Positions 1 through 11,203 of a stretch of DNA of 36,106 nucleotides are shown in pieces. Source of the DNA: Intoshia linei (taxonomy: Eukaryota; Animalia; Orthonectida). Position numbers and translations under genes: made by a program. Numbering within the stretch: position 1 is the stretch's first letter; the number at the start of each line of letters is the position of its first letter. Where the stretch lies: assembly GCA_001642005.1 (NCBI GenBank), contig LWCA01000256.1:1-36106 (forward strand), in the 5' to 3' direction. Under the pieces are notes generated by a model. That model did no database searches. It was not told where the DNA came from and was given only the letters and a program-made list of their open reading frames with translations.

Positions 1-991
1 TAATACTCTTAGAATTTAAAAAAACAGATTCCAACACTTTTTTAAGTTTTTCAAGACAGATTCAGAATTATAAATTTCACTTTCGAAAATTAACATCTTC
101 AGGGTGCAAACGCTGACATTTCATTATCATTTTATAAATAATTAACTTGCTTTAGTAAATTATGTGTGCTTATTAAATCAATAATGAAATCCCACTAGTA
201 AAAAATATACTATAGGTAAATGTAGCTACTGTTTTATACGCAGTACAAAACAGACAATCTGGTTAGGCTAATATGGTAAGGTATATATTTAATTTTAATT
301 GGCATTTTTCTTTAAAAACAATTTACCAAACAAAATTGACTTAAGATGTAAAAAATAAAATGATTGTCAAAAATTAATTAAATTAGCGACTAATAATGAA
401 ATAACACTTGTTTGGTGTAATAAAATCATAATTTCTTGATAAATGATTAAATAATAAAAAATATGTCTATTAATCGTACAAATACATTGATTCATTTAAA
501 TAAAAACGTTGAGAATATAAATGATTTAAATCAATATTGCAAGAAAGAAAAGTACACATAAAAACACAATATACGTTATACATGATTACAATATGTACAA
601 TGTACATGTGAAAAATAAAAAATAACATTTTACAAACGTTTCAGACAATATACAATATAAAAACACATTAATAAAAGTTAAAAAAAAATAATTAATCAAA
701 ATTGTCCATTTCAAATATTGATTTGATAAAATATAATTAATTGGTTTTACTATTAGTATAAAAGGTAGCTACATGTACATGGGGTAGCTGTCTTGAGATT
801 TGAATCAATTGACTAGATTTTTATATATAGAAAATGTTACAAATGTGACATTTTATTCATTTATCATTCACACTCTATCAATTTGATCAAAACAAAATTG
901 TCGATAAATCCTACAATAAATTAATACACATTAAACCAATACAATCATGTAGGTGGAGTCCTACTAAATGCAGTTAAAATGGATAATTTGA

Positions 992-1219
992 CTAAATAAT
1001 AGCGGAAACTATAAAGACATGTACAACTATTGTATACATTATTAATCTTGTAAATATTACTCCGCCCACGAAACATGCCACATCGAATAGATTTATAAAT
1101 TCTAATGCAACTAGTAAATAAATGTCTAGTATACTTACATTAACGCTGATATTGAATAATTTACCAGAATGATAAATTGAAAAATTAAAAAGTGATAAAT
1201 CGATCGATAATACTGACAT
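992..1219 (-). pseudogene. Orphan ORF fragment, possibly a member of the dispersed CUB-like family
   Basis: 75-aa ORF; SGKLFNISVNVSILD weakly resembles IGKPYIMNVDIVNLS of the 17399 ORF. Flanking frames are interrupted by stops. Confidence 0.25.
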
Positions 1220-1502
1220 CCCTATACCATATTACTACAGTCTGCAACAAACCGACAGTCAAAGACGATAAATGATATATAAGGGTAATATAATATAGTA
1301 CCCTGACTATTACAATACAATGTACCAAGAATTCAATTTATACCAATATGGCTCAACTTTCTATCTGACAAGTTAAATTGTCATTTTTTTCATGTACATT
1401 CAAAGTCATCTTAGTTTATACGATTTATTACCGTTATCCTTTTCTAATATCACACATATTAACACATTAATTATTTAAATTAATGATTATAAATTATTTT
1501 AT

Positions 1503-4500
1503 ATGAACTCATCCTCTGATTGTAAAAACAAGTGTCAAACTCAAATTTTTAATAATTATGCAGAAAATTCCATAAATAATACTTCATGTAATGTTTATAA
1601 AGATGTCTCAATTATGGATGGTTATTTATTTATGAATTTATTCTTATTAATTTAATTTAATTGCATTTTCATTGTCAGGGGTGGATTCAAGGGGATGCAG
1701 AAAGTTACGTTTGCACCCCTTAAATTTTTAATTGATGTTTTGTAATGTTGTAATGTTAATTTTGGTTAATGAATATATAATACTTCATCCAAGAAGACTG
1801 GACTTAATTGATTTAGGATTATTCAATAAACAAAATTAATTTCCCTTTTTTTGTGCTGATCATTTTTTTATTTTTGAGGAATAAAATACAAATTTGGAAA
1901 CTATTGTATAACAACCTTTAAATGAAATTAAAAGAGACGCTTTAAAATCAAACTAGACGCCTTGATATTAAAAGAGACGTCCCTAAAAATTTTTTCGCCT
2001 TCTGCAAAGTTTAATATTGAACAATATTGTTCGCTTCGCTCGCACCCCATTAACTAGCCTCTTGGCTGAATTATCCTAATTATATAGTTTATAAATTATA
2101 ATTTACATTTATTTATTTTTAGAAAAAATTAAACAATTTAATAATTTAAAAAATTCGTATCAATACAATCAATTTAAAAATAATCCAAATTATCTCAAAA
2201 ATAACTGGAACAATCCATTGGTTTCATCCAAATATGATACAAATCAAAATTTTGGTATACTAATTATCTAAATTGCATAATTCTGGTATTAAAATGTTAA
2301 TATGCGTTGGTAAATGTGACTCTAACGATGCAAATTTCCGAGATTGAAATTTATGATAAAACATTCGATAGAAAAAACTGTTTCAGAATTCGTGTTTTTT
2401 AAAATTTAAACATTCTTCGTTGTTAATAATCGGTTACACACGGAAAGTGTCAGTCGGACACATTAATATTCAATTTTATATAAAATTTCATGATTTTTGC
2501 GTTGTAATTTATTTTAAAAATTAACGGTCCTAGAATTTTAAAAGTCTCAAATTCTATATCCGTTTTTTCTGGTGGGTGTAGTAAAATAATTTTTAATCTC
2601 AGAAATTCGCATTTACATGGTAAAAAGTTGATTTTATTAAATTATTATACATTATTTTGCTTTTTTTTTAATTTTCTATATTTTTTTATATTTACCTCAA
2701 AAATACATCTAAATGCGTCCGCCCTCGGCAGAGCTAGGTATATGAACATAAATGCATGTATTAGGCAACCCTGAACATATCTTAAAATAATATGTTTTTT
2801 GTTATATTAACAGTTATATTTATTTGCTTATAATAGTGTAAATTAATTAAATATTTAACCAATAACATCAAAGCCGAACCTACTATGCCTCGAGACTTCT
2901 TGTAAGTCAAATGCAGGACCTAGCAATATCTCCAAAGATTTGGACTTACAGTTAATATTTGAGACGAAACAGTTCAACCACATGGAAAATATAATATTTT
3001 TAAATGAAAAAATTTGGAAAATAAAATTTTTTCGGGTACGTTTGTTTCTGTTTGACATTTAATGGTCACTTTTATAATTAAAATTATTTTACATTAGTAT
3101 ATTTTTGTTATAGCATCCTAAAAATTAATAAATTTACTGTATAGTATCTAAAAATAGATAATAGAGCTTTAGGGTATAATTTTTGGTTTATACAAATTAG
3201 TTAAGAAAAAATAAATTCTGTTAACATGGAATTTTTCCGTTAAATTAAAATAGAATTTCCGTCAATAAAAAAATTTCTTTAATAATGACTTGACTGTACT
3301 TAGATAATAGTTATCCCCAATTTTGATTATATTTTGTATTTTAGGCCTACAGAATAATCTTGATAAACCCCAAAACCTAAAATGGTCCAATTTCGAAACA
3401 AATTCAAATTGGTTAAATCCATATATGAAAAATGAAAAAAATGACAAATTGACAAATAATTTTGATTTTAATTACAAAAGTTTAACAACATTAGATTCTA
3501 CAACTTCCAACAGTTTACACAATTTGAACAATTTTTATACTACAAGTTCTAGATTAAAATGTAATCTCAATTCCAATTCATTTTACAAATCATTGTATTC
3601 AAATATTCAACCTTCAACAAATGAAAATTTTTCCAATTTTCTTTTATCTTATGCAGACTGCGACAAAAATACAACAAATAATGTGTCTCATTCGCTCAAT
3701 TTAAACAAATTTAATGAAAAATGTATAAATTACAAAACTACAAATGATTCTATATCTCAATTTAATTTATCTAAACTAAATTCAAAAATTGTTGAACCAG
3801 ATAGTCCAGCAAAGGATAATAATGAATATAAATCGCCAAATTTTGTTTATCCTTGGATGAAACGTGCTTATAATGGAGTCGGTAATTTATCAAAATTAAA
3901 ACATTACATTTTAAAGTTCAAAAAATCAATTTGCACCTCTAATATTCGGTTTTTAATAAATATGTATTATTATGCTAATAAATTTCAATTAACATGTAAA
4001 TCAGGGGTCGGCAACCAGTGACCCGCGGACCAAAAGAAATAATATTTATAATATAATAATTTTGGTCGCACTTTGAGTAAATAGGAACATTATTTATTTT
4101 TCAATTTTTCAAGTTTCAAACACTGTTTTAAACATTTTATATTATAATGGGTTCATTATAATCATTTTAATAATGAATTTTCAAATCGTCCTGAATTTAT
4201 CTTGTTGAATATATTAGAAACGATTCACTTAAGTTAAAATTGAAATTTATTATGTTTAAATTTTCAAAAACGGGACCCTTAGAATTTTTTGGTATAAAAA
4301 ATTGACCCATGTGATGTAAGAAGTTGCTTACCGCTAATATAAATAATATATTAATGAAACTAAAAACACGAAAATTGCATTTTTTCAAATTTCAAATTCT
4401 AGGGATATTTCATTAAAAAAAGAAGGGTAATTTGTGGTTTTGGACCTGAGATATATTTTTTTTAAATTTAAATTTATGATCATGTTTATGATTTTAAAAT

Positions 4501-7091
4501 CCGCATCAGCGTATATATTTTTTTAAATTCTCCAACTTGTTTGATTTTCAAAAAAAAAGACAATTGGGGTTTTTGACCAGTAAGATCTGAGTTTAGGAGG
4601 TCGAAATTTATTTTACGAACACCCCATAAAAAACTGTAATTGAAATGTCAACTTTATAAAATTCTAAGACGGGTAGTTATTTAAATAAAGTTGAACACAC
4701 ACACACAAACAAAAATCGCGTAGTATTATATAAGTTGGGATTAATCATTATTAACGATATTTATGGTTGTATTTAGTTAATAATTATTAACTAACAAAAA
4801 AAGTTATGATTGTGTGATTATTGTTAATGTGTAATTAACTAATTTTTGACTAAGCTTGACGATGCACAAATTTATATTATATTTTAAAGGTAATACGACA
4901 ACAGACCCAAATTATAAAAGATCACGTACATCATACACTAGATATCAAGTTTTAGAACTTGAAAAGGAATTTCATTATAATCGTTATTTGAGCCGTCGGC
5001 GTCGTATCGAAGTGGCACAAACGTTGAAATTAACGGAAAGACAAATTAAAATTTGGTTTCAGGTAATAAATAATCTATTTTAAAAAACAGGCCACCTTAG
5101 CCACCGGGGTCTGAGTTTGACAATTTAAATTTGATACCCAAAGTAGTTACTGAAATATACTTTTTTTAATTAACAAAAGTAGTAAAAATAAAACGTGTAA
5201 CAAAAATATCAATTAAAATTATTTCATTTAAAGAATGCCGTTTAAATTTTACAAAAATAATTAATATTGAATTCGCGGTGAGCATTTAAAGTACCTCTTA
5301 TAATGAAGCTATATGTAATAAAAATGCTGCAGATATTATTATTTCAAATATATGATGTTTATAACAATATACAAGGAGATATAAAAGAGTCGTATTTAAA
5401 AAATCTGTTAAATATTTTATACTGCCATTAAACTTTCCGGTATTGGCAGATGTTGTATCATAACAGTACTATAACTTTCTCGTCTATTTTCCATTGCTTC
5501 AGAAGATTGTATACTGTTTTGGCAGTAGTAATACACTTATCATCGTTCTATATCAATACCTAATTCTAATTCCTGTTTGAAAATTAATGAATTCAATATT
5601 ATCAAAATGTGTTAGATTGATCATCTTTTGCGACTGAAAAATATTATCTAATTTATTACAATATACTTGAGCTTTAGGTACTGTTGGACCTTGTAAAATA
5701 ATTCGATATTCACCGAACAATTTGTTGATTTTACATTTAATTGTAATTAATTATGTCATATTTAAGCCATTTTTAATATAAATGGAAAAAACTTCTTTCA
5801 ATATTTGTCGAAATGGGCGTACCTTCTTTTGTTCTTTTAACCATAATAAACTCTGCAATACATTTCTTACTGTAGGTATTTTCCTATTATTAAAATTAAA
5901 TGAAATATAACTTCCAATGATAATGTTTTCATTTTTTTGAGACATTTTAAAATGATTGAAGGATAAATTAGTGTAAAATATAATTTTTTTTCATTGTAAA
6001 GATTAAAACGTACAGCGCGAATTCGTTTATTATTATTTTTATAAATTTTTTACGGCCATATGCCTAAAAAAATATTTTAATTCAATTTAAATCTACACGT
6101 TTATCAAAAACGAAAAAAAAAACAAAAAAAGTTGACACCCTACTGTACAGTATATATAGGGTTACCAACATTAAGTTATTCTCAGCCCGAATTTTTGAGC
6201 GAAGCCCAAAATTTGGCTGAAGCGCAGCGAAACGTGTTATTTTTTTGTCATTTAAAAAAAATAATAACAATTTACACATTTTATACATCAAATACAGTCA
6301 CTTATTCATCTAATATGAATAAAATATGTCTGATCTTATGATTTTGATTGAAATGATTAAATTACCATGAGAAATATCACTTAACCCTGAGCCCTGAGTT
6401 GAATTTGAAAACCCGAAGTCTCAGGGGGAAAATAACGTAGTTGGCAACCCTAAGTATATATGTTGTCAATGGTAACTCTCTTTGAGGTTTATTACTTCTT
6501 TTTTAAATGAATACATCCCTACTAATTTATAAAATAAATCTAATGAAATTATGACTTAAACCAGGGGCAGTAACCAGTGCTCCAAAAAATAATTTTGGTT
6601 CCTCTTTGACTAAATAGTTAAATTATTTATTGATAAATTTTTCAACTTTTAAACATTTAAACACCGTTTTAAACATTTTATACTATAATTGGCTCATTAT
6701 AATCATTTTAATTCTGAATTTTCAGATCACCCTGGATATTATTTTGTTAAATATACTAGAACCGTTTCTTTTCAAATAAAATTGAAATGTGTCATGAGTG
6801 TAAATTTTTATAACAAGTGTATAATTTTTTGACATAAAAAAGGGCCGACAATACAGAAAAGTTTTCCGACCCCTGACTTAAATGTTTAAAACTAAGCAAG
6901 TTATCCATTTCTGGTGTAGAACAGAAAAGGGGTTCTTGTGTTTGACAATGTTTATTACTTTGGAAACGCAGGAATAAATAATTGTAAAAAATTATACAAA
7001 AAATAAATAAAAATTTTAGAATAGACGCATGAAATGGAAAAAAGATCACAATTTACCAAATTCAAAATTAACCAACAACAATTCTGCATAA
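1503..7091 (+). CDS. Dfd: Central Hox homeodomain protein, Hox4/Deformed-like (~343 aa, 5 exons)
   Basis: Phase-consistent GT-AG exons 1503-1620, 2123-2254, 3345-3881, 4890-5062, 7020-7091 (1032 nt). Hexapeptide VYPWMKR; homeodomain [49 protein letters not shown]^NRRMKWKK followed by DHNLPNSK, matching the Hox4 LPNTK parapeptide. Exons 1-2 are supported only by splice phase and open frame. Confidence 0.92.
1676..2080. mobile_element. Decayed hAT-like MITE in Hox intron 1
   Basis: Begins CAGGGGTGGATTCAAGGGG, a typical hAT-type non-autonomous terminus, with internal GCACCCC motifs near both ends. The right TIR is degraded. Confidence 0.35.
2330..2738 (+). mobile_element. Helitron-family 3' fragment in Hox intron 2
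   Basis: GCCCTCGGCAGAGCTAGG (2721-2738) is identical to 19936-19953, the subterminal part of the complete copy. The left boundary is approximate. Confidence 0.55.
4002..4250 (+). mobile_element. hAT MITE, 5' part (same family as 6562-6875)
   Basis: Starts CAGGGGTCGGCAACC; 4060-4250 is a direct, diverged copy of 6590-6790. Confidence 0.7.
4390..4740 (-). mobile_element. Non-autonomous Helitron, 5' half, in Hox intron 3
   Basis: Reverse complement of 19418-19850, including the CA-microsatellite-bearing 5' end (ACACACACACAAAC...TATTATATAAGTTGGGA|T). Confidence 0.8.
5560..5945 (-). pseudogene. Decayed ORF, probably a DNA-transposon protein N-terminus, in Hox intron 4
   Basis: The frame continues past one stop: KIPTVRNVL...[26 protein letters not shown]...NKLDNIF. 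By recollection this pattern occurs in N-termini of uncharacterised invertebrate DNA-transposon proteins; not verified by a search. Confidence 0.4.
6157..6452. mobile_element. hAT-superfamily MITE
   Basis: TIRs TAGGGTTACCAAC / GTTGGCAACCCTA; perfect 8-bp TSD AGTATATA (6149-6156 and 6453-6460). Confidence 0.9.
6562..6875. mobile_element. hAT-superfamily MITE
   Basis: Ends CAGGGG... / ...CCGACCCCTG; 8-bp TSD ACTTAAAC / ACTTAAAT (7/8 match); second copy at 4002. Confidence 0.85.
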
Positions 7092-7660
7092 TGAATAATT
7101 AAAACTATTTTCAATTTTATTATTGTAAATTTTTCATCAATTATGTTATCTATATTTAAAATTATTAAATCATTTATTTTTACATATCAAAAAAAATATA
7201 TTATCCATTTTCATTTTGAATATCATTCAGTGATCACTTTATAAACATGACAAATAGATACTAGTTACTAGTACGTATAAAGAACATAAATATCTTACAA
7301 TGTGATTTGCCACTATTGCAACAAAACAAAGCGTGCATCTAAAAGAGTAGATATAAGCACTGCGCCGTATATTACCGCCTGGCATATGATTAATAAATTA
7401 AAATTTTATAAAATCTGTTAATGATTCTAGAATCTATATAAAATGTCGAAACATTATATATTTGTAATAAAAAGTTGTTATTATATTGGTTTAACGCTAA
7501 TAGTCATTAGGTCCGAAAAAATGAAAAATAAAAACAAACAATACTAAAATTGTAGCAGATGACGTACAATATGCAAGTGATGTTTTGTTTATTTTACGAC
7601 AAAACGTTTTCAGCAGATGTGATAATGAAATAATAACATTACATTATCATCCTCACTACA

Positions 7661-10390
7661 ATGGTAATAAAATCTATATTCCGAAAAGTTGGAAAATTTT
7701 TTTTCCTAAAAAATAATAAAAATTGTGACAAATTCGATAATTTATGCTTTCGAGTGACTCCAATATTTCTGGTAATTAAAAAATTGTATCTTTATTCATC
7801 TTTCAACTTATTTAGTTTTTGTCATGCATGATTGTTATTTTCGGGAAACAGTTTTATATATCAAAATTGGAATGTTGGACACCAGCAGAATGGACATCTA
7901 GTATGAATGATTTTGCAATGAATGATTGTTGGGTAAGAAGTACATATTTCGTTCCTTTTGAAGATTCGTTTCCTAATCAACACAAAAAAATTCCAAGACT
8001 TCAGTATTACCAATGGACAGCGTAATACATTCATTATTTAAATTTTAAAATATCAATATAAATAAATCTCGATGAATCATTAACTAACTTGACTGTTATG
8101 GACTTTGTACAAACAGCAATTAGTTCTCCGAGAGAGATCTTTATAATTCTACCAAAAAAATAAATTCAAAAAAATCTCACTTAAAAATTCTAGGATTCAC
8201 TATTATCATTTTTTAAAAAAATGGTAATCTCTGGTTTTGATCGTTAAAATAAACTTTTTTTTGAAGATGTGATTTTGATAATGTTTATGAATTTAAAAAT
8301 TATCCCATTTTTATGTTTCCAAAATTCTAGGACTTTTTTATTTTTAACAAAAAGTATAATTTGAGGTTTTAGTAGTGAAGATATAAGATTTTGAAATTGA
8401 AATGTATCATAATGTTGATGATTTTAAAATCTTTATCATATTTTATATTTTTTATAAGTCTAGGACTCGTTAGATTTTAAAATAAGGATACTTTGTGTTT
8501 TTAACATTGAAGGGATCAATTTCTCAAAATGAAATTTGTGGTAAAACGTCACTCTCGAAAGCGGTTATATAAATATGGATTTTTAAAACTAGACGCCTCT
8601 TACTTTCTTAAATAAATTTAATTTAAATTCTCGAATTTGTTTGATTTTCAAAAAAGGACAATTGGGCTTTTTGACCCGTAAAATGTGAGTTTGGGAGGTT
8701 GAAATTTATCTTACGTTTACCTCCAGATAAAAACTAATAGAATTGTGGACTTTATATAATTCTAAGACTGGTAGTTATTGGAATAAACGGTAACAGACAA
8801 ACAAAGCATATTATATACAATGTAAGTAAGGATGTATGACATACATTGTATGTAGTGTATTTAATATACAATTCAAAAAGTCATAATAAAACATTTAGAA
8901 TTATTCTATGTACAATTGGAGTATTTATGTATTCAACTCAATTTATATGGACTTATATTACGCACGACATACCCATTAAAATAAGTAAAATGTCTAAAAA
9001 ACCAAAAACGGGATTAATAAGATTTAATCCACAACCAACAGATAAAGATTATAAAGATGAAACTGGATTTTGCTATTCATTACTATCAAAAAATAACATG
9101 CAAAACCTTGAAAATAAAACCTTTAAATGTAACTTTGATTCAATTAAATCAATACTAAAATCGGACAAATCTGCATTTCATATTTACAAGTATATTTATT
9201 TCATAATTTGTTTACTACTAAACTCATTAATATCAAATTAAATAGTTTTATAAAATTAATAAAACTATAAATGTATTAATTTATGCTTTTAGTTATTTAA
9301 AAAATAAAGACAAATCAAAAAAATACTCGATCCATTTAAGACATGTATTTTTCAAAACATTATGCATGCTTGCAATAATAATTCAGTTTGGATTCTTAAT
9401 TTGGATATTTGGATTAGACTATATGGATTTTGGATTTACGCAAATTATAACTCTTTTCAGAAATACTGCCAGTACTCATAATCTTTTTCCAAAAACCACA
9501 TTTTGTGATATTGAAATAAAGAGACTAGGAAATAACCATGTAGAAAGCATGCAATGTGCCTTACCTTTAAATTTATTGAATGAAAAGATATTTTTATTTT
9601 ATTGGTTTTGGTGCTATTTTCTTTTATTTGTTATTTTAATTGGAATTATCAATACACTATTTGTCTGTGGCAAAATTGAAACAAAAAAATTATACAAGTC
9701 CATTTTTGGAGATGATGTAAATAATTATCAAAAAAAATTAGACGACTGTGGATTAAATGACAAGGATTTCAAGTACATGATTAGTATTGCTAGTAATCAT
9801 ATCCACAAATATGACATTTTTATCATTCTAAGAGATGTCATAATTTTAAAAGGTATTTTTATGTTTATTAATCACTAACTTGACTGTTATGTACTTAGTA
9901 CAAACAGTAATAAAGTGACCCAAATTTTTCTAAATTAAGGATTTAAAAAAAATATTTTTCAAGATCAACCATTGTTCGTGTTAAATGTAAACTATACGTC
10001 TATACCCGTGAAGAGGAAGCTATGGGTTATATGGCATTACGCACTGTCTAAGAAAAATTTTTTGAGGAACCTATTTTTTATTTTCGGAGGGAAGGATAAG
10101 TATTAGAATTAATAGGGGTCTTAAGGCTCTGTAAGAAAACGAAAACGAATACTAAATATTACATTTTTATTTTAAAAATTTGTGGGTATCTATTATTATT
10201 TGAATTTGGAATACACTCAATAACATTTCAGAACCCTAAACTAGAATTTACCATCATAAAATATTGAAAAAAAATTATAGATTGGTTCATCACAAGTAAG
10301 GAATACAAAACAAGTAAAAAATTTAGCGATAGAGATTATGAAACCTATTTCAATATATACAGCATTCTTGAAGAAATTAAAAAAAAATAA
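7661..10390 (+). CDS. Innexin (gap junction protein), ~425 aa, 5 exons
   Basis: Exons 7661-7771, 7816-8021, 8899-9189, 9293-9852, 10281-10390. Motifs DKFDNLCFRVTP, KQ..CWTPAEW..NDCW..TY, YYQW, FPKTTFCD..RLGN..QCALPLNLLNEKIFLFYWFW, with all four extracellular Cys present. The last exon is less certain; the alternative is a read-through stop at 9878. Confidence 0.93.
8084..8832 (-). mobile_element. Non-autonomous Helitron, near full length, in innexin intron 2
   Basis: 5' A|TCCTTACTTAC...TTTGTTTGTCTGTTACCGTTT; 3' hairpin region CTGTTTGTAC...CATAACAGTCAAG-TTAG matches 19956-19988; internal ~130-bp repeats. Confidence 0.8.
9875..9911 (-). mobile_element. Isolated Helitron 3' terminus
   Basis: CTAACTTGACTGTTATGTACTTAGTACAAACAG nearly matches 8084-8117 and the reverse complement of 19956-19988. 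Confidence 0.65.
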
Positions 10391-10602
10391 AAAAATTAAT
10401 ACGTGTATTCAATGTTAATAAATTAATTCAACAAGACTTTTTTCAAGTAACCATACTTTTTTTTCAATGATTTGTACTTGACAATTACAGCAATCTATTG
10501 GTATACTATAAAAAAGAACAAAAACAAGAGTCAATCTAATTAATCAATAATAATATATAATTATAATACATTTTATTATAAAAATACACTATTTAAAATG
10601 TA

Positions 10603-10931
10603 CCTTTAAATAATAATTAACACGTAAAATATCCAAATTAACTGACTTGATTGTAATTAATAATGGACCAATATCTGTTTTCATTATCTGCTTGCATTTT
10701 TTGTTTATTTTTGATCCTAAGATGATAAAATCATAATCGAATTATTATATTCTGATGGATACTTAAGTTGTTTTCAATGTACAAACAAAATATTATACCT
10801 TTAGAAAAAAATAAAACTTTTTTCGATTTAATTATTTTCTTACTTGTTATAAAGTGTGAAATTCTATAAAATGTAATTGTAGGAATTACAGTGAATGGAG
10901 TTTTATTTTGATATGCAACATTAACATTCAT
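10603..10931 (-). pseudogene. Frameshifted orphan ORF (dispersed CUB-like family)
   Basis: ORF 10931-10731 continues in another frame as DYDFIILGSKINKKCKQIMKTDIGPLLITIKSVNLDILRVNYYLK|gt, which aligns by eye with ILKSCIGKPYIMNVDIVNLSALVKVNF of the 17399 ORF. Confidence 0.45.
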
Positions 10932-11100
10932 GTATATTTCGTCTATTATAAATCATTAAATATGTATCAGATTAATTTTTTCTTAATTAAGACAGGAAAT
11001 ACTATCTTGTACTACAAAATAACCTATATATTATAACCTATGTACAGTGTAAAGAAAAATTAAGTTGTTATAACAAGATCGATCGTATAGGGGTTTATGA

Positions 11101-11203
11101 TTTTTTTGAACCAAACTGTCAAGAGAAATTTTTAAGGTTTTTTTGAACCAAACTTTAAAGGGAAGTTTTTAGAATATTTTTTTTGAACCAAACTTTCAAG
11201 AGG
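11101..11203. repeat. Minisatellite, 3 copies of a ~37-41 bp unit
   Basis: TTTTTTTGAACCAAACT(G/T)T(C/A)AAG(A/G)G repeated three times. Confidence 0.85.

Noticed and set aside
6082-6341. Short ORFs on both strands (also 4197, 16513, 23667, 32905)
   Set aside because: They overlap MITE or Helitron sequence and have no coding signature.
1-7600. miR-10 next to the Hox4 gene
   Set aside because: I saw no TACCCTGTAGA-like sequence or matching hairpin; only 1.5 kb upstream is visible, so absence from the genome is not established.
11101-11203. CRISPR-like array
   Set aside because: Eukaryotic context, spacers resemble each other, only three units: a minisatellite.
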